Program-made: the position numbers and the translations under genes
The notes under the pieces: generated by a model
What the model saw: only the letters and a program-made list of their open reading frames with translations
Told to the model about the DNA's origin: nothing
Databases searched by the model: none
Origin: Candidatus Latescibacterota bacterium
GTDB lineage: Bacteria > Latescibacterota > UBA2968 > GCA-2709665
Assembly: GCA_965222075.1 (NCBI GenBank)
Contig: OZ244937.1
Span: forward strand, 3,744,001-3,808,000
Direction of reading: 5' to 3'
DNA: 64,000 nucleotides
Shown: in pieces, positions 29,535-38,973 of the stretch
Numbering within the stretch: position 1 is the first letter of the stretch
Layout of the letters: each line of letters opens with the position of its first letter

Positions 29535-30538
29535 ACATCAAACTCCCCGTCACCTCCTCCGCCTTTCTCCCCCTTTCCTCTCAGGAAAGGGGGCCGGGGG
29601 GATAGGTCACTCAGTCCGCTGGCTGGCAAAACAGTTCGGGCCGGCGGAACAGCCGTGGGAATGACCCCTCCCCCAGCCCCTCCCCGAAACGGGGAGGGGA
29701 GAGCGTGCTCCTAAGAGGGTTGGAAGGTAGAACATTTCTTCAGTTGGGTCACGATACCACTCAGAACACCTTTTGGCGCGAAGACGTTCCCAGAGAATGC
29801 CCTCTTCTTCCGTCATCTGACCACGAAGCATTCTTGCCCGCTTCACCTTATCCAGATCCACTCTCTGCCCAATAACAATATTTCTCTTCCTCATCCTACA
29901 ACCGTCACCTCCTCCGCCTTTCTCCCCCTTTCCTCTCAGGAAAGGGGGCCGGGGGGATAGGTCACTCAGTCCGCTGGCTGGCAAAACAGTTCGGGCCGGC
30001 GGAACAGCCGTGGGAATGACCCCTCCCCCGGCCCCTCCCCGAAACGGGGAGGGGAGAGCGTGCTCCTAAGAGGGTTGGAAGGTAGAGCGTTTCTTCAGTT
30101 GGGTCACGATACCACTCAGAACACCTTCAAGATTCTGTCTTATATCTTCATTCTGGATTCGTATAACCTTCAAACCACGAGATGCAAGAATACCATCACG
30201 TTCTGCGTCGTATTTGACCTGCTGCTGATGAACACCGCCATCCACTTCGATTACCAATCCAGCAGCATGGCAGTAGAAATCCACAATAAATCCATCAATG
30301 ACCTGCTGCCGACGAAAGTGAAACCCCTCCAGCCGATTGGCGCGAAGACGTTCCCAGAGAATGCCCTCTTCTTCCGTCATCTGACCACGAAGCATTCTTG
30401 CCCGCTTCACCTTATCCAGATCCACTCTCTGCCCAATAACAATATTTCTCTTCCTCATCCTACAACCGTCACCTCCTCCGCCTTTCTCCCCCTTTCCTCT
30501 CAGGAAAGGGGGCCGGGGGGATAGGTCACTCATACCGC
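29535..30538. mobile_element. Tandem array 3 of the DUF559 hairpin element (A-B-deleted gene-A-B-intact gene-A)
   Basis: A hairpins at 29569, 29924, 30488; B hairpins at 29677, 30032; first gene copy lacks 209 bp. Confidence 0.85.
30066..30458 (-). CDS. DUF559 / Vsr-like endonuclease-domain protein, intact copy 3
   Basis: Near-identical to 15382-15774. Confidence 0.92.
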   Translation of the reverse strand: MRKRNIVIGQRVDLDKVKRARMLRGQMTEEEGILWERLRANRLEGFHFRRQQVIDGFIVDFYCHAAGLVIEVDGGVHQQQVKYDAERDGILASRGLKVIRIQNEDIRQNLEGVLSGIVTQLKKRSTFQPS

Positions 30539-32904
30539 AGCGCATCCACCGGATTCGCCCGCGCCGCCTTAACCGTCTGAAGGCTTACTGTTGCCAGTAC
30601 AACCGCCAACATCAGAACGCCCGACAGAGCAAAAGTGCTTATACCCAGCTCAATCCGATACGCAAAATCCTGCAACCATCGGTCCATCGCATAATACGCC
30701 ACCGGCCAGGCAATCACAGTAGCCACCGCGACCAGCAGAACGAACTCTCTGACAAACAGGGAGACAATGCTGGATACCGAAGCCCCCAGCGCCTTCCGGA
30801 TGCCAACCTCCTTGGTCCTGCGGGACACTGCCAGAGCCGTCAGTCCGAACGCGCCCAGACAGGCAATGAACACGGCAAAGAGGGTGGCGTAGCGCACGAT
30901 GCTGAACCACCGCTCTTCCTCGCGGTATTGACGGTCAACTTCCTCATCAAGAAAAGACAGGCGAAACGGCTTGTCCGGCAGCATTTCCTGCCATTTTTCT
31001 TTTAAAAAACGGAGCGTACCTGGCACATCCTCCGGGCGAATACGAATCATCAACTGCCCTCCAGGAAAAGTTGCCGGGAAAAGTTGCAACACAGCAGGTT
31101 CAATGGGATGATGGAGCGAGCGAAAATGAAAATCCCGGACGACCCCAATGACCGTCAGATCCTGTGCATACCGACCTGTGCCAACCCGTAGCGTCTTACC
31201 CAGAGGCGCTTGCCATCCCAATTTTTTAACCAGGGCCTCGTTAACGATCACAGATGTCTTTTTATCGCTATCTCGCTCAAATCTTCTGCCCGAGATCAGC
31301 GGAATACCCAGTGTTTCCAAAAAGTGTAGATCACACGCGAACAGCTCTATATATTTGAGGGTCTCACCCTCCCACGAAACTTCGGCCGGAGCCCGGGTCC
31401 CGTTCCTCAGCGTGTGTGGTGTTCTCGTGGCATTCAAAACAGCGTGGTGCGCCAGGACTGCCTCCTGGTAGGTCTTGGCCAGATCCGCTCCTTCCTGTCT
31501 TCCCTGTATCAAATTCCAAAGGTTGACCACCACAACCTCCTCCACCTCAATACCCAGCGGTTTTGTTCTCAGGTAATCCAACTGCCGGGTCATCATCAGC
31601 GTGCCTGCCACCAGGAAGGTAGCGATGGCGACCTGAAAAACCACCAGTGCGCGACTGATCAGGTTCATTCGACCCACCCCGGACCGGCCTTTAAGCGCCT
31701 CGACCGGCAAAATCCTGGACATCACAAAGGCCGGGTAACTGCCAGCGACGATGCCCACGAGCAAGGTCAATCCAAGTAGGAAACTCAGTGTGGTTACATC
31801 CGCCTCACCGGAAAGCGAAAAATCCTTGCCTGTCAGACTGTTAAAACCCGGCATGAGCATCTCCGCCAGCGCCAGTCCAAGTGCAAGCGAAATAACGGTC
31901 AACAGGACCGATTCCGACAGAAACTGCCTCGCCAGTTCCGTCCGCAGCCCTCCCACTACTTTGCGTATCCCAACCTCCCGGGCACGGGAAAATGACCGGC
32001 CCACCGCAAGGGTCGTATAATTCACACAGGCCACCGCCAGCACCAGCATCGCAATACCCGCCAGGATGTAAGAATAGACAGGATTGCTCCCGGATCTCAG
32101 GCCGTAGCGCTCCGAACCAAGGTGAACCTCTCTGAGCGGTTGCAATTTCAGCTGCCTGACGTATCGGTTTTCAGGCCACGCCTTCACAAGATCTGCAAAC
32201 TGTCTCTCGACTTCAGAAGGACTGAGATAATCTGGAAGCAGCATATATATGGAGACAAATCCGCCTAACATTCCCCATACTGCGCCAGTAGCCTCAATGG
32301 GTAGAGAAACTCAAAACGAATACTCGAGTTCTGGGGAATAGGCCTGATCACCCCGGCGACTGTCAAATCCTGGAACCCCGGACCGGGGCGCAACGGAGAC
32401 TGATTGATCTGAACGGAAAGCGTCTTACCAATCGGGTCTTCTTCTGGAAAGTATTTCTGGGCCATGGTCTCGGTGATGACCACATGGTGCGGATCCTTAA
32501 GCGCGGTGGCCGGATCACCTTTGACCAGAGGAAAGGAAAACACCTCTAAAATGGCCGGGTCTGCACAGTGAAAAAGTTCCCGGATCTCCTGATCTCCGTG
32601 TTGAACAAGGCCTCTATGCCGCGTTAATTCTGACAAAACGGGCATCCGGAAACGCCTCGGACAGCATCGGTCCCAATACGTCCGGCACCGCGGCCGACGG
32701 GCCGATCGGGTAACCATCCCGATAGACCCGGTAAATCCGATCCGCATTTTCGTGAAACGCATCGTAGGTCCACTCATTCCGAACAAACAGGAAAGCCAGC
32801 ACACAAAACGCAATCCCGATGGCCAGCCCGGAAATGTTGATGAGGGAGTAAATCTTGTGCCTCACCAGGTTCCGATACGCGACCTTCAGATAATTTTGGA
32901 ACAT
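30526..32904 (-). pseudogene. MacB/FtsX-family ABC permease, paralogue 5, with two frameshifts (about 32620 and 32270)
   Basis: Three overlapping ORFs (32614-32904, 32265-32813, 30526-32271) concatenate into one permease from MFQNYLK to ANPVDALRYE. Confidence 0.88.
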
Positions 32905-32989
32905 CCTATTCTCCCTCTACAATATGTACTGCTAAAGCCTGATGCCTTTCCCGCAGCAGATGTGAAATAGGATCACCTGACTGCTACCA

Positions 32990-33266
32990 CATTGAATCCA
33001 CCTTTGGCACTGTCCGGCCTGCCTGTGCGTTGCACGCAGACAGGCATCGCACCCGCCAGACCAAGGGATGTGGCTCTCGAAATGCCACGTTGATGATGGT
33101 CTATAAACTGGCCAGTCAGGCGGAGAAAAACTGGCAGCGGTTGCACAGCAGTAAGCTCATTGAACTCGTGGTCCAGGGCGTTCAATTCCAGGATGGAGAG
33201 ATCAAGAAAGCTGCTTGATTCCAGAGGATACGCTCACATCTCATCCACAGCATTTGACAATATCTC
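32990..33266 (+). mobile_element. IS256-family 3' remnant with right end
   Basis: IESTFGTVR[insert]HRTRQTKGCGSR.ATL.MVYKL...AEK.W.RL......GV.F.DG; terminal ATCCACAGCATTTGACAATATCTC resembles IS256-type ends. Confidence 0.75.
33018..33044. repeat. Mini-palindrome insertion (27 bp, in frame)
   Basis: CCTGCCTGTGCGTTGCACGCAGACAGG adds PACALHADR between TVR and HRT. Confidence 0.85.
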
Positions 33267-33425
33267 CGCACATATTGCGTGCGAGATTACGCTGATGTGC
33301 TCTCCGCCCTCTCTTGGAAGGAGACTGTCCGGGCAGGATCACTCAGTCCCGACGCGATCGAGGGAATGGAACCAGGCCCACTTTATCCTCCTTATGGGCC
33401 TCTGCAGGTCTGAGGGGAATCGGAG

Positions 33426-34781
33426 CTATTCCAGGAACTTCCTGAGTGTTATTGCAAGCGCATCACTCCGCAACTCTGGCCCCATAGCAACTATATAGCC
33501 AGTGTTGTTAATCAGAAAGGTGCTTGGATAGCCACGCACCTGGTATAGCCTCAGTAGTTCGTTTTCTTTCCCTACCTGAATATGGGTCCAATTCAGCCGC
33601 TTCTCCTGTACGTACTGCTGTAACTTCTGCCGATTATCAACCCCGACACTGACGATTCTGAGATCCTCATCCGTGTACGTCTCACGTGCCTCCTTCAGAA
33701 AGGGGATCTCGGCGATACATGGGCCACACCAGGTCCCCCAGAAGTCGAGTAGAATGTACCGGCCCTTCGCGTCCCCAAGCCGAAACACGACGGAATCAAG
33801 TGTTACAGCTTCGAAGCTTGGCGCTGCCATACCACGTTTGATGCGAGCAGCCACCTCTGCACCACTCTTCTGGAGAATGATCCTTCTCCCGAACTGGTCA
33901 ACGTAGGTCACTTCATATGTTTCGCCCTGAAGTTCAAAGGGGCTGTTCATTCTCTCAATGAAATCCGAAGATAGGGGATTCCAGGAGATATCGAACTTAC
34001 GATTGCCATTCTCATCAACCCAGAGATAGCTGTCCTTATTGTGCTCGATTCCGCGTCCGATCAAGGCAACCTCATAGCGTTCTTGCCCCAATACCAACTC
34101 ACCGATCATGATTCTTCTCAGTGCGCCTTCAGGAGTTACTCTCTGCTTGCCGAATACCTTTCTAAAACTTACCGGGAAGGGTTGAGTCTGAATACTTTGA
34201 CCGTCGAAGTATTCTACTTCAGCAATCGTCTCAATAATCTTCGTCTTCAGCTTGCTGAATAGACCGACCGGTTCCTCTCCTTCCCCATAGGTAAGCACTT
34301 CGTCATTTGTAAAGTCCTCATCATTGTTGGCGTCGCAGATCACGAACTCCTCGCCGTCCGCGTTTTCAATCGTGCAGAAAGAAACCACACAATCCACGTC
34401 TTGATCTGTGTATTTCGATTTCGCTTCATCAAACCACTCTTCGCCGAAGACCTCAATCACACGCTGATGGTCCTTCTTGCTCTTCTGCGCCAAGCTGTAG
34501 TAGTACTGGTGCTCTTGGATGCAAAGATGAAATGTCTCTTTAACTTTCCAGTTGTCAGGATAGCGTTCTATTCCTTCCTTCTCGGGAATCATCCTGCTCC
34601 CAGGCGACAAACGATTGCCTTTCCAGAGCATTACAATGCTGTCTGGATGAGTTGCGGTGAAGTCAACTGTGACCTCTCCCGCCAAAGGGTCTGCGTGTAC
34701 AGTGTGATTCAAAACGACCACAGCCACGAAGATCGTGGCTACAAGAGGTCTCAATACGGTCACGGCCACAAGGCTTTTCAT
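33426..34781 (-). CDS. Secreted protein with a C-terminal TlpA-like thioredoxin domain
   Basis: Signal peptide; AP.F, LLDFWGTWCGPC..E.P, V.GYPSTFLI...G.IV. Confidence 0.88.
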   Translation of the reverse strand: MKSLVAVTVLRPLVATIFVAVVVLNHTVHADPLAGEVTVDFTATHPDSIVMLWKGNRLSPGSRMIPEKEGIERYPDNWKVKETFHLCIQEHQYYYSLAQKSKKDHQRVIEVFGEEWFDEAKSKYTDQDVDCVVSFCTIENADGEEFVICDANNDEDFTNDEVLTYGEGEEPVGLFSKLKTKIIETIAEVEYFDGQSIQTQPFPVSFRKVFGKQRVTPEGALRRIMIGELVLGQERYEVALIGRGIEHNKDSYLWVDENGNRKFDISWNPLSSDFIERMNSPFELQGETYEVTYVDQFGRRIILQKSGAEVAARIKRGMAAPSFEAVTLDSVVFRLGDAKGRYILLDFWGTWCGPCIAEIPFLKEARETYTDEDLRIVSVGVDNRQKLQQYVQEKRLNWTHIQVGKENELLRLYQVRGYPSTFLINNTGYIVAMGPELRSDALAITLRKFLE

Positions 34782-34877
34782 TACTTAACCCTCCTTTGAG
34801 AAACGAGTACGATGGTGGGGAGAAGTGGGTTTTTCTCTTGCACGCTTTCACTGCCTCTGGGTGGTTGGGGCGATTTC

Positions 34878-34937
34878 CCCTAACGTTTCCGCCGTGCCCG
34901 AACCGCGCAGCGGTTGCGCGAAGCGGGCGTGTTATGC
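34878..34937 (-). other. attC-like site (solitary)
   Basis: Minus strand GCATAAC...GTTAGGG, 60 bp, with internal stem GCCCG..AACCGC-TGC-GCGGTT-CGGGC. Confidence 0.45.
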
Positions 34938-34979
34938 GGCGTTTCCTGGCCTCCTTTTCTCTTTCAAGTTTCGGCCAGT

Positions 34980-35508
34980 GAAGATCGCCCTTAAACCATT
35001 TGTAGTGAATATTGACCGTCTTGCCTATCGGGTTTTCATCGCCGAACAACCTGCGAGCCAGAGTCTGGGAGAGAAACGCAGTATGGGGATCGTTCAGCCC
35101 GGTTTTGGGATCGCCGACCACCATCGGAAGCGTAAAGATATCGAATACTTCTGCATCGGTTACGCAGACACGCGCATCGGAACCGCGATCCTCGTGAGAA
35201 GCCCACATACGTCTTACGAGCATCCGGGTCACTGCCTCAACTTCGGGGAATTTGCCGCGCAGATGCGGGGCGACCGGCTTCGTCCCCAAGTCATAGCGCT
35301 CGCCGCTGACATCCTGTAGTTTTCGGATTACTCTGTAAATGCGATCGCTCTTTTCGTGGTGCTGGTCAAACCGGAACTGATAACCCACGTACAAGACCGC
35401 CAACAACGCGCACCCAATCCCCACGGCCAACCCCAAGATATTCAACAGCGAATAGAATGTGTACCGACGCAGATTTCTCAATCCGGTCATGAGATAATTC
35501 CAAATCAT
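34980..35508 (-). pseudogene. MacB/FtsX-family ABC permease, paralogue 6, N-terminal about 175 aa only
   Basis: MIWNYL..GLRNL...SLLNILGLAVG...D..HE.SDRIYRV...FG.ENPIGK, then similarity is lost abruptly after WFKGDL. Confidence 0.85.
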
Positions 35509-35615
35509 ATCCGGCCTCCATCCAAACTTGAAAAACAAACAGCCTGACTTCCAGCCTACTTTGAGCTATTCTCAACCTGATAATCTTCACATCGTTCGAT
35601 TCACCGACTGTTTAT

Positions 35616-35631
35616 TGCAACAAGCGTGCCA
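35616..35631 (-). promoter_or_regulatory. sigma54 -24/-12 promoter (consensus match)
   Basis: Minus strand TGGCACG-CTTG-TTGCA; IHF-like TTACAAGACCTTA at 35651-35663. Confidence 0.85.
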
Positions 35632-35690
35632 GAATATATTTTTGGTTGTTTTACAAGACCTTATGCCAGCCACCTCCCGAACCTCTGCTT

Positions 35691-35739
35691 TCAAAAAGTG
35701 TCCGCTGGCGATACACAGGTGTCCGATAACGGACACTTC
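35691..35739. promoter_or_regulatory. Tandem palindromic enhancer (candidate bEBP UAS), copy 2
   Basis: AGTGTCCGCTGGCGATACAC-AGGTGTCCGATAACGGACACTT. Confidence 0.7.
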
Positions 35740-35890
35740 GACACAGCGCCCCTTCACCCAACTCGTCTCCCTCACCCGGCCCGGCCGTCTTTCTCCTTGA
35801 CGATTCGGGTATTTATGATACATCTTGGTTGGCAATTCCACCGGAACCCCTTGAGCCCCCCCACCGCATGGGGCGGCTGCTGGCGCGTAT

Positions 35891-35906
35891 TGGCACGGTG
35901 AATGCT
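35891..35906 (+). promoter_or_regulatory. Candidate divergent sigma54 promoter for the two-component system
   Basis: TGGCACG-GTGA-ATGCT with correct GG-N10-GC spacing. Confidence 0.55.
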
Positions 35907-36091
35907 TGATTAAAGTGAGACGGCCCACCCCTACCCCTCCGAGGCTGCTGCGTGCTACTCGACCACAGCTGTGATCTCAGGGGCAGCAGGCGTCAGGGGC
36001 CTGCACCGATCGTACCCGGAGCACGGCGTTCAGGACCTCCATAAGGCCGAATTTGACGATTTTTTTTGAAGGGTACCCCCAGGGTCTTGCC

Positions 36092-37471
36092 ATGAGCAAA
36101 TCCTTCAACAAAATCCTCATCGTCGACGACGACGAAGACGTCCTCCTCGCCGCCCGCCTGCTCCTCAAGCAGCACGCCGTCCTTGTCCACACGGAAAAAG
36201 ACCCACAGATGATCCCCAACCTCCTCAAAAACGAAACCTACGACATCATCCTGCTGGACATGAACTTCTCTCAGGACGCCACCAGCGGCAGGGAGGGCTT
36301 CCACTGGCTCGGCAAAATCCTCCAAATCGACCCCTCTGCCGTCGTCATCCTCATCACCGCCTTCGGCGGCGTGGAAACGGCCGTCCAGGCCATCAAAGAG
36401 GGCGCGACGGATTTTGTGCTCAAACCGTGGCAGAACGAAAAACTGCTCGCCACCCTCTCGGCGGCGGCCAAACTGCGGCAGTCCCGGCTCGAAGTGGACC
36501 ACCTCCGGTCCCGACAAAAGCAGCTCAGCGAAGACCTCGACCAGCAGGTGCACAACCTCATCAGCGCCGCCCCCGCCATGCAGGACATCTTCGTCGGCAT
36601 CCGGAAAGTGGCCCAAACCGACGCCGACGTTCTCATCCTGGGCGAAAACGGCACCGGCAAAGAACTCGTCGCCCGGGCGCTCCACCGTCAATCCTCCCGC
36701 TCCGACGAAGTCTTCCTCGGCGTTGATATGGGCGCCATCAGCGAAACCCTCTTTGAAAGCGAACTCTTCGGCCACGTCAAAGGCGCCTTCACAGACGCCA
36801 GGGAAAACCGCGCCGGACGCTTTGAAATCGCCTCGGGCGGAACCCTCTTCTTAGACGAAATCGGCAACCTCTCCCTGCCCCTGCAGGCCAAGCTCCTCAC
36901 CGTCCTGGAGAACCGCACCGTCACCCGCCTGGGCGCCAACAAACCCACCCCCATTGACGTTCGGCTCATCTGCGCAACCAATATGCCCATCCAGGACATG
37001 GTGGCCAAAAACGAATTCCGACAGGACCTCCTCTACCGCATCAACACCGTTGAACTCCACCTGCCCCCGCTGCGCGACAGAAAGGAAGACATCCTGCTGC
37101 TGACCGATCACTTCCTGGAAATCTACTGCAAAAAGTATCAAAAACCGTTGATGCGCATCCACCCCACCACCCTGGAAAAACTGGACCAGTACGCCTGGCC
37201 CGGAAACATCCGAGAACTCCAGCACGCCATCGAGCGGGCCGTGATCATGAACGACGGCCGGGTGCTCCAGCCCACCGACTTCCTCCTCTCCACTCCCGGA
37301 ATCCAGGACGAGAAGGGCCTGGCGTTTGAAGACTACAACCTGGAAAAAGTCGAAAAGACCGTCATCCGAAAAGCCATCGAAAAACACCACGGCAACATCA
37401 GTCAGGCCGCCAGGGAACTGGGACTGACCCGAAGCGCCCTCTACCGCAGGCTGGAAAAATATGGGCTGTAG
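36092..37471 (+). CDS. sigma54-dependent response regulator (NtrC family)
   Basis: Receiver ILIVDDD...LLDMN...KP; AAA+ GENGTGKE, ESELFGH.KGAFTDA, LFLDEI, FRQDL.YR, WPGNIREL; Fis-type HTH. Confidence 0.96.
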   Translation: MSKSFNKILIVDDDEDVLLAARLLLKQHAVLVHTEKDPQMIPNLLKNETYDIILLDMNFSQDATSGREGFHWLGKILQIDPSAVVILITAFGGVETAVQAIKEGATDFVLKPWQNEKLLATLSAAAKLRQSRLEVDHLRSRQKQLSEDLDQQVHNLISAAPAMQDIFVGIRKVAQTDADVLILGENGTGKELVARALHRQSSRSDEVFLGVDMGAISETLFESELFGHVKGAFTDARENRAGRFEIASGGTLFLDEIGNLSLPLQAKLLTVLENRTVTRLGANKPTPIDVRLICATNMPIQDMVAKNEFRQDLLYRINTVELHLPPLRDRKEDILLLTDHFLEIYCKKYQKPLMRIHPTTLEKLDQYAWPGNIRELQHAIERAVIMNDGRVLQPTDFLLSTPGIQDEKGLAFEDYNLEKVEKTVIRKAIEKHHGNISQAARELGLTRSALYRRLEKYGL

Positions 37472-37602
37472 CTCGTTCCACCCCGCACAACACACTGCCG
37501 GCAAACGGCAAACGTGAAACCGCCCCCCTGCCCTTCCCCACACCCCTGGTTCCGGCTTCCGGGGGATGCGTTTCACGTTTCACAGATTTTATTCACAGCC
37601 TT

Positions 37603-38958
37603 ATGACCCACTTTCGCACCCTCTGTACCGTCCGGATCGCGCTGCTGTGCGCCACCCTCTACCTCTTCTTCTACCTGCTGTTTCAGACAACCAACTATGC
37701 CACCTTCGTCATTGTCGGCGGCATTGCCCTCTACCAGATCTATGCCCTGATCCACTACGTCGAACGCACCAACCGGGACCTGACCCGCTTCCTGCAGGCC
37801 ATTCGCTATGAAGACTTCTCCCAGTCCTTCGCCGGACTGGGCCTGGGCTCGTCCTTCGACGACCTGAAGGCCGCCTTCAACGAGGTCCTCGATGCCTTTC
37901 GCCGGACCCGAGCGGAGAGGGAAGAAAACTTTCAGTATCTCCAAATCGTAATCCAGCACGTGGGCATCGGCCTCATCTGCTTTCAGCCCAGCGGCGACGT
38001 GGCGTTGGTAAACGCCGCGGCCCGGCGGCTGTTGAAAGTCGGCGCCCTCAAAAACATCACCGCCTTAGCATCGTTCAGCAAACCCCTGGTTGATACCCTG
38101 TTCCGGCTGAAACCCGGCGAAAAAGCCCTGGTAAAAATTGAAGAAAACAACGAACCGCTCCAGCTTGCGGTCTACGCCACCGAACTCAGAATGCGGGACC
38201 AGGCCTTCACCCTCGTCTCCATCCAGAACATTCAAAGCGAATTGGAAGAAAAGGAAATGGAGGCCTGGCAAAACCTCATCCGGGTGCTCACCCACGAAAT
38301 CATGAACTCTGTCACCCCCATCGCCTCCCTCGCCTCCACCGTAAACGATCTCCTGACCGCCACCGATGCGTCTGACGATCAAAAGCTGAAAGGAGAAATC
38401 CGGACCGAAACCATCGGCGATATCCACGACGCCGTCCAGACCATCGAAAGGCGCAGCCAGGGCCTGCTCAACTTCGTCGACGCCTACCGGAAGCTGACCC
38501 GCATTCCCAAACCCGACTTCCGGATCTTCCCCGTCGCCGAACTCCTCGCGCGCGTGCAGCAGCTCATGCGCACGAAAATGCACGACAGAGCCATCGATTT
38601 CCACATCCACGTCGAACCTGAAACCCTCGAACTCTCCGCCGACCCGGAACAGATCGAACAGGTCCTCATCAACCTCCTCTCAAACGCCATACAGGCCTTA
38701 GAGGACCGCCCCGCCCCCCGGATTGACCTCATCTCTCGGATGGATGGCAGGGGCAGGGTTGTCATCCAGGTCCGGGACAACGGCCCGGGCATCCTTGAGG
38801 AGGTACAGAAGAAAATCTTCATCCCCTTCTTTACCACCAAACAGGACGGCTCCGGCATCGGCCTCAGCCTCTCCCGACAGATGATGCGGCTGCACGGGGG
38901 CACCATCAACGTCCGGTCCAAACCGGATGAAGAGACCGTCTTCACGTTGAGGTTTTAA
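37603..38958 (+). CDS. Sensor histidine kinase (NtrY/NtrB-like)
   Basis: Two TM segments, PAS-like region, HEIMNS H-box, INLLSNA, DNGPG, FFTTK, GSGIGL. Confidence 0.95.
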   Translation: MTHFRTLCTVRIALLCATLYLFFYLLFQTTNYATFVIVGGIALYQIYALIHYVERTNRDLTRFLQAIRYEDFSQSFAGLGLGSSFDDLKAAFNEVLDAFRRTRAEREENFQYLQIVIQHVGIGLICFQPSGDVALVNAAARRLLKVGALKNITALASFSKPLVDTLFRLKPGEKALVKIEENNEPLQLAVYATELRMRDQAFTLVSIQNIQSELEEKEMEAWQNLIRVLTHEIMNSVTPIASLASTVNDLLTATDASDDQKLKGEIRTETIGDIHDAVQTIERRSQGLLNFVDAYRKLTRIPKPDFRIFPVAELLARVQQLMRTKMHDRAIDFHIHVEPETLELSADPEQIEQVLINLLSNAIQALEDRPAPRIDLISRMDGRGRVVIQVRDNGPGILEEVQKKIFIPFFTTKQDGSGIGLSLSRQMMRLHGGTINVRSKPDEETVFTLRF

Positions 38959-38973
38959 GACAGCTTCCAAACA

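Noticed and set aside
16406-32904. Diversity-generating retroelement or shufflon acting on the permeases
   Set aside because: There is no reverse transcriptase or site-specific recombinase, no adenine-specific TR/VR pattern was noticed, and all permeases are co-oriented.
33339-33349. TCACTCAGTCC match to the element junction
   Set aside because: Only 11 bp with no adjacent hairpin arm; could be chance.
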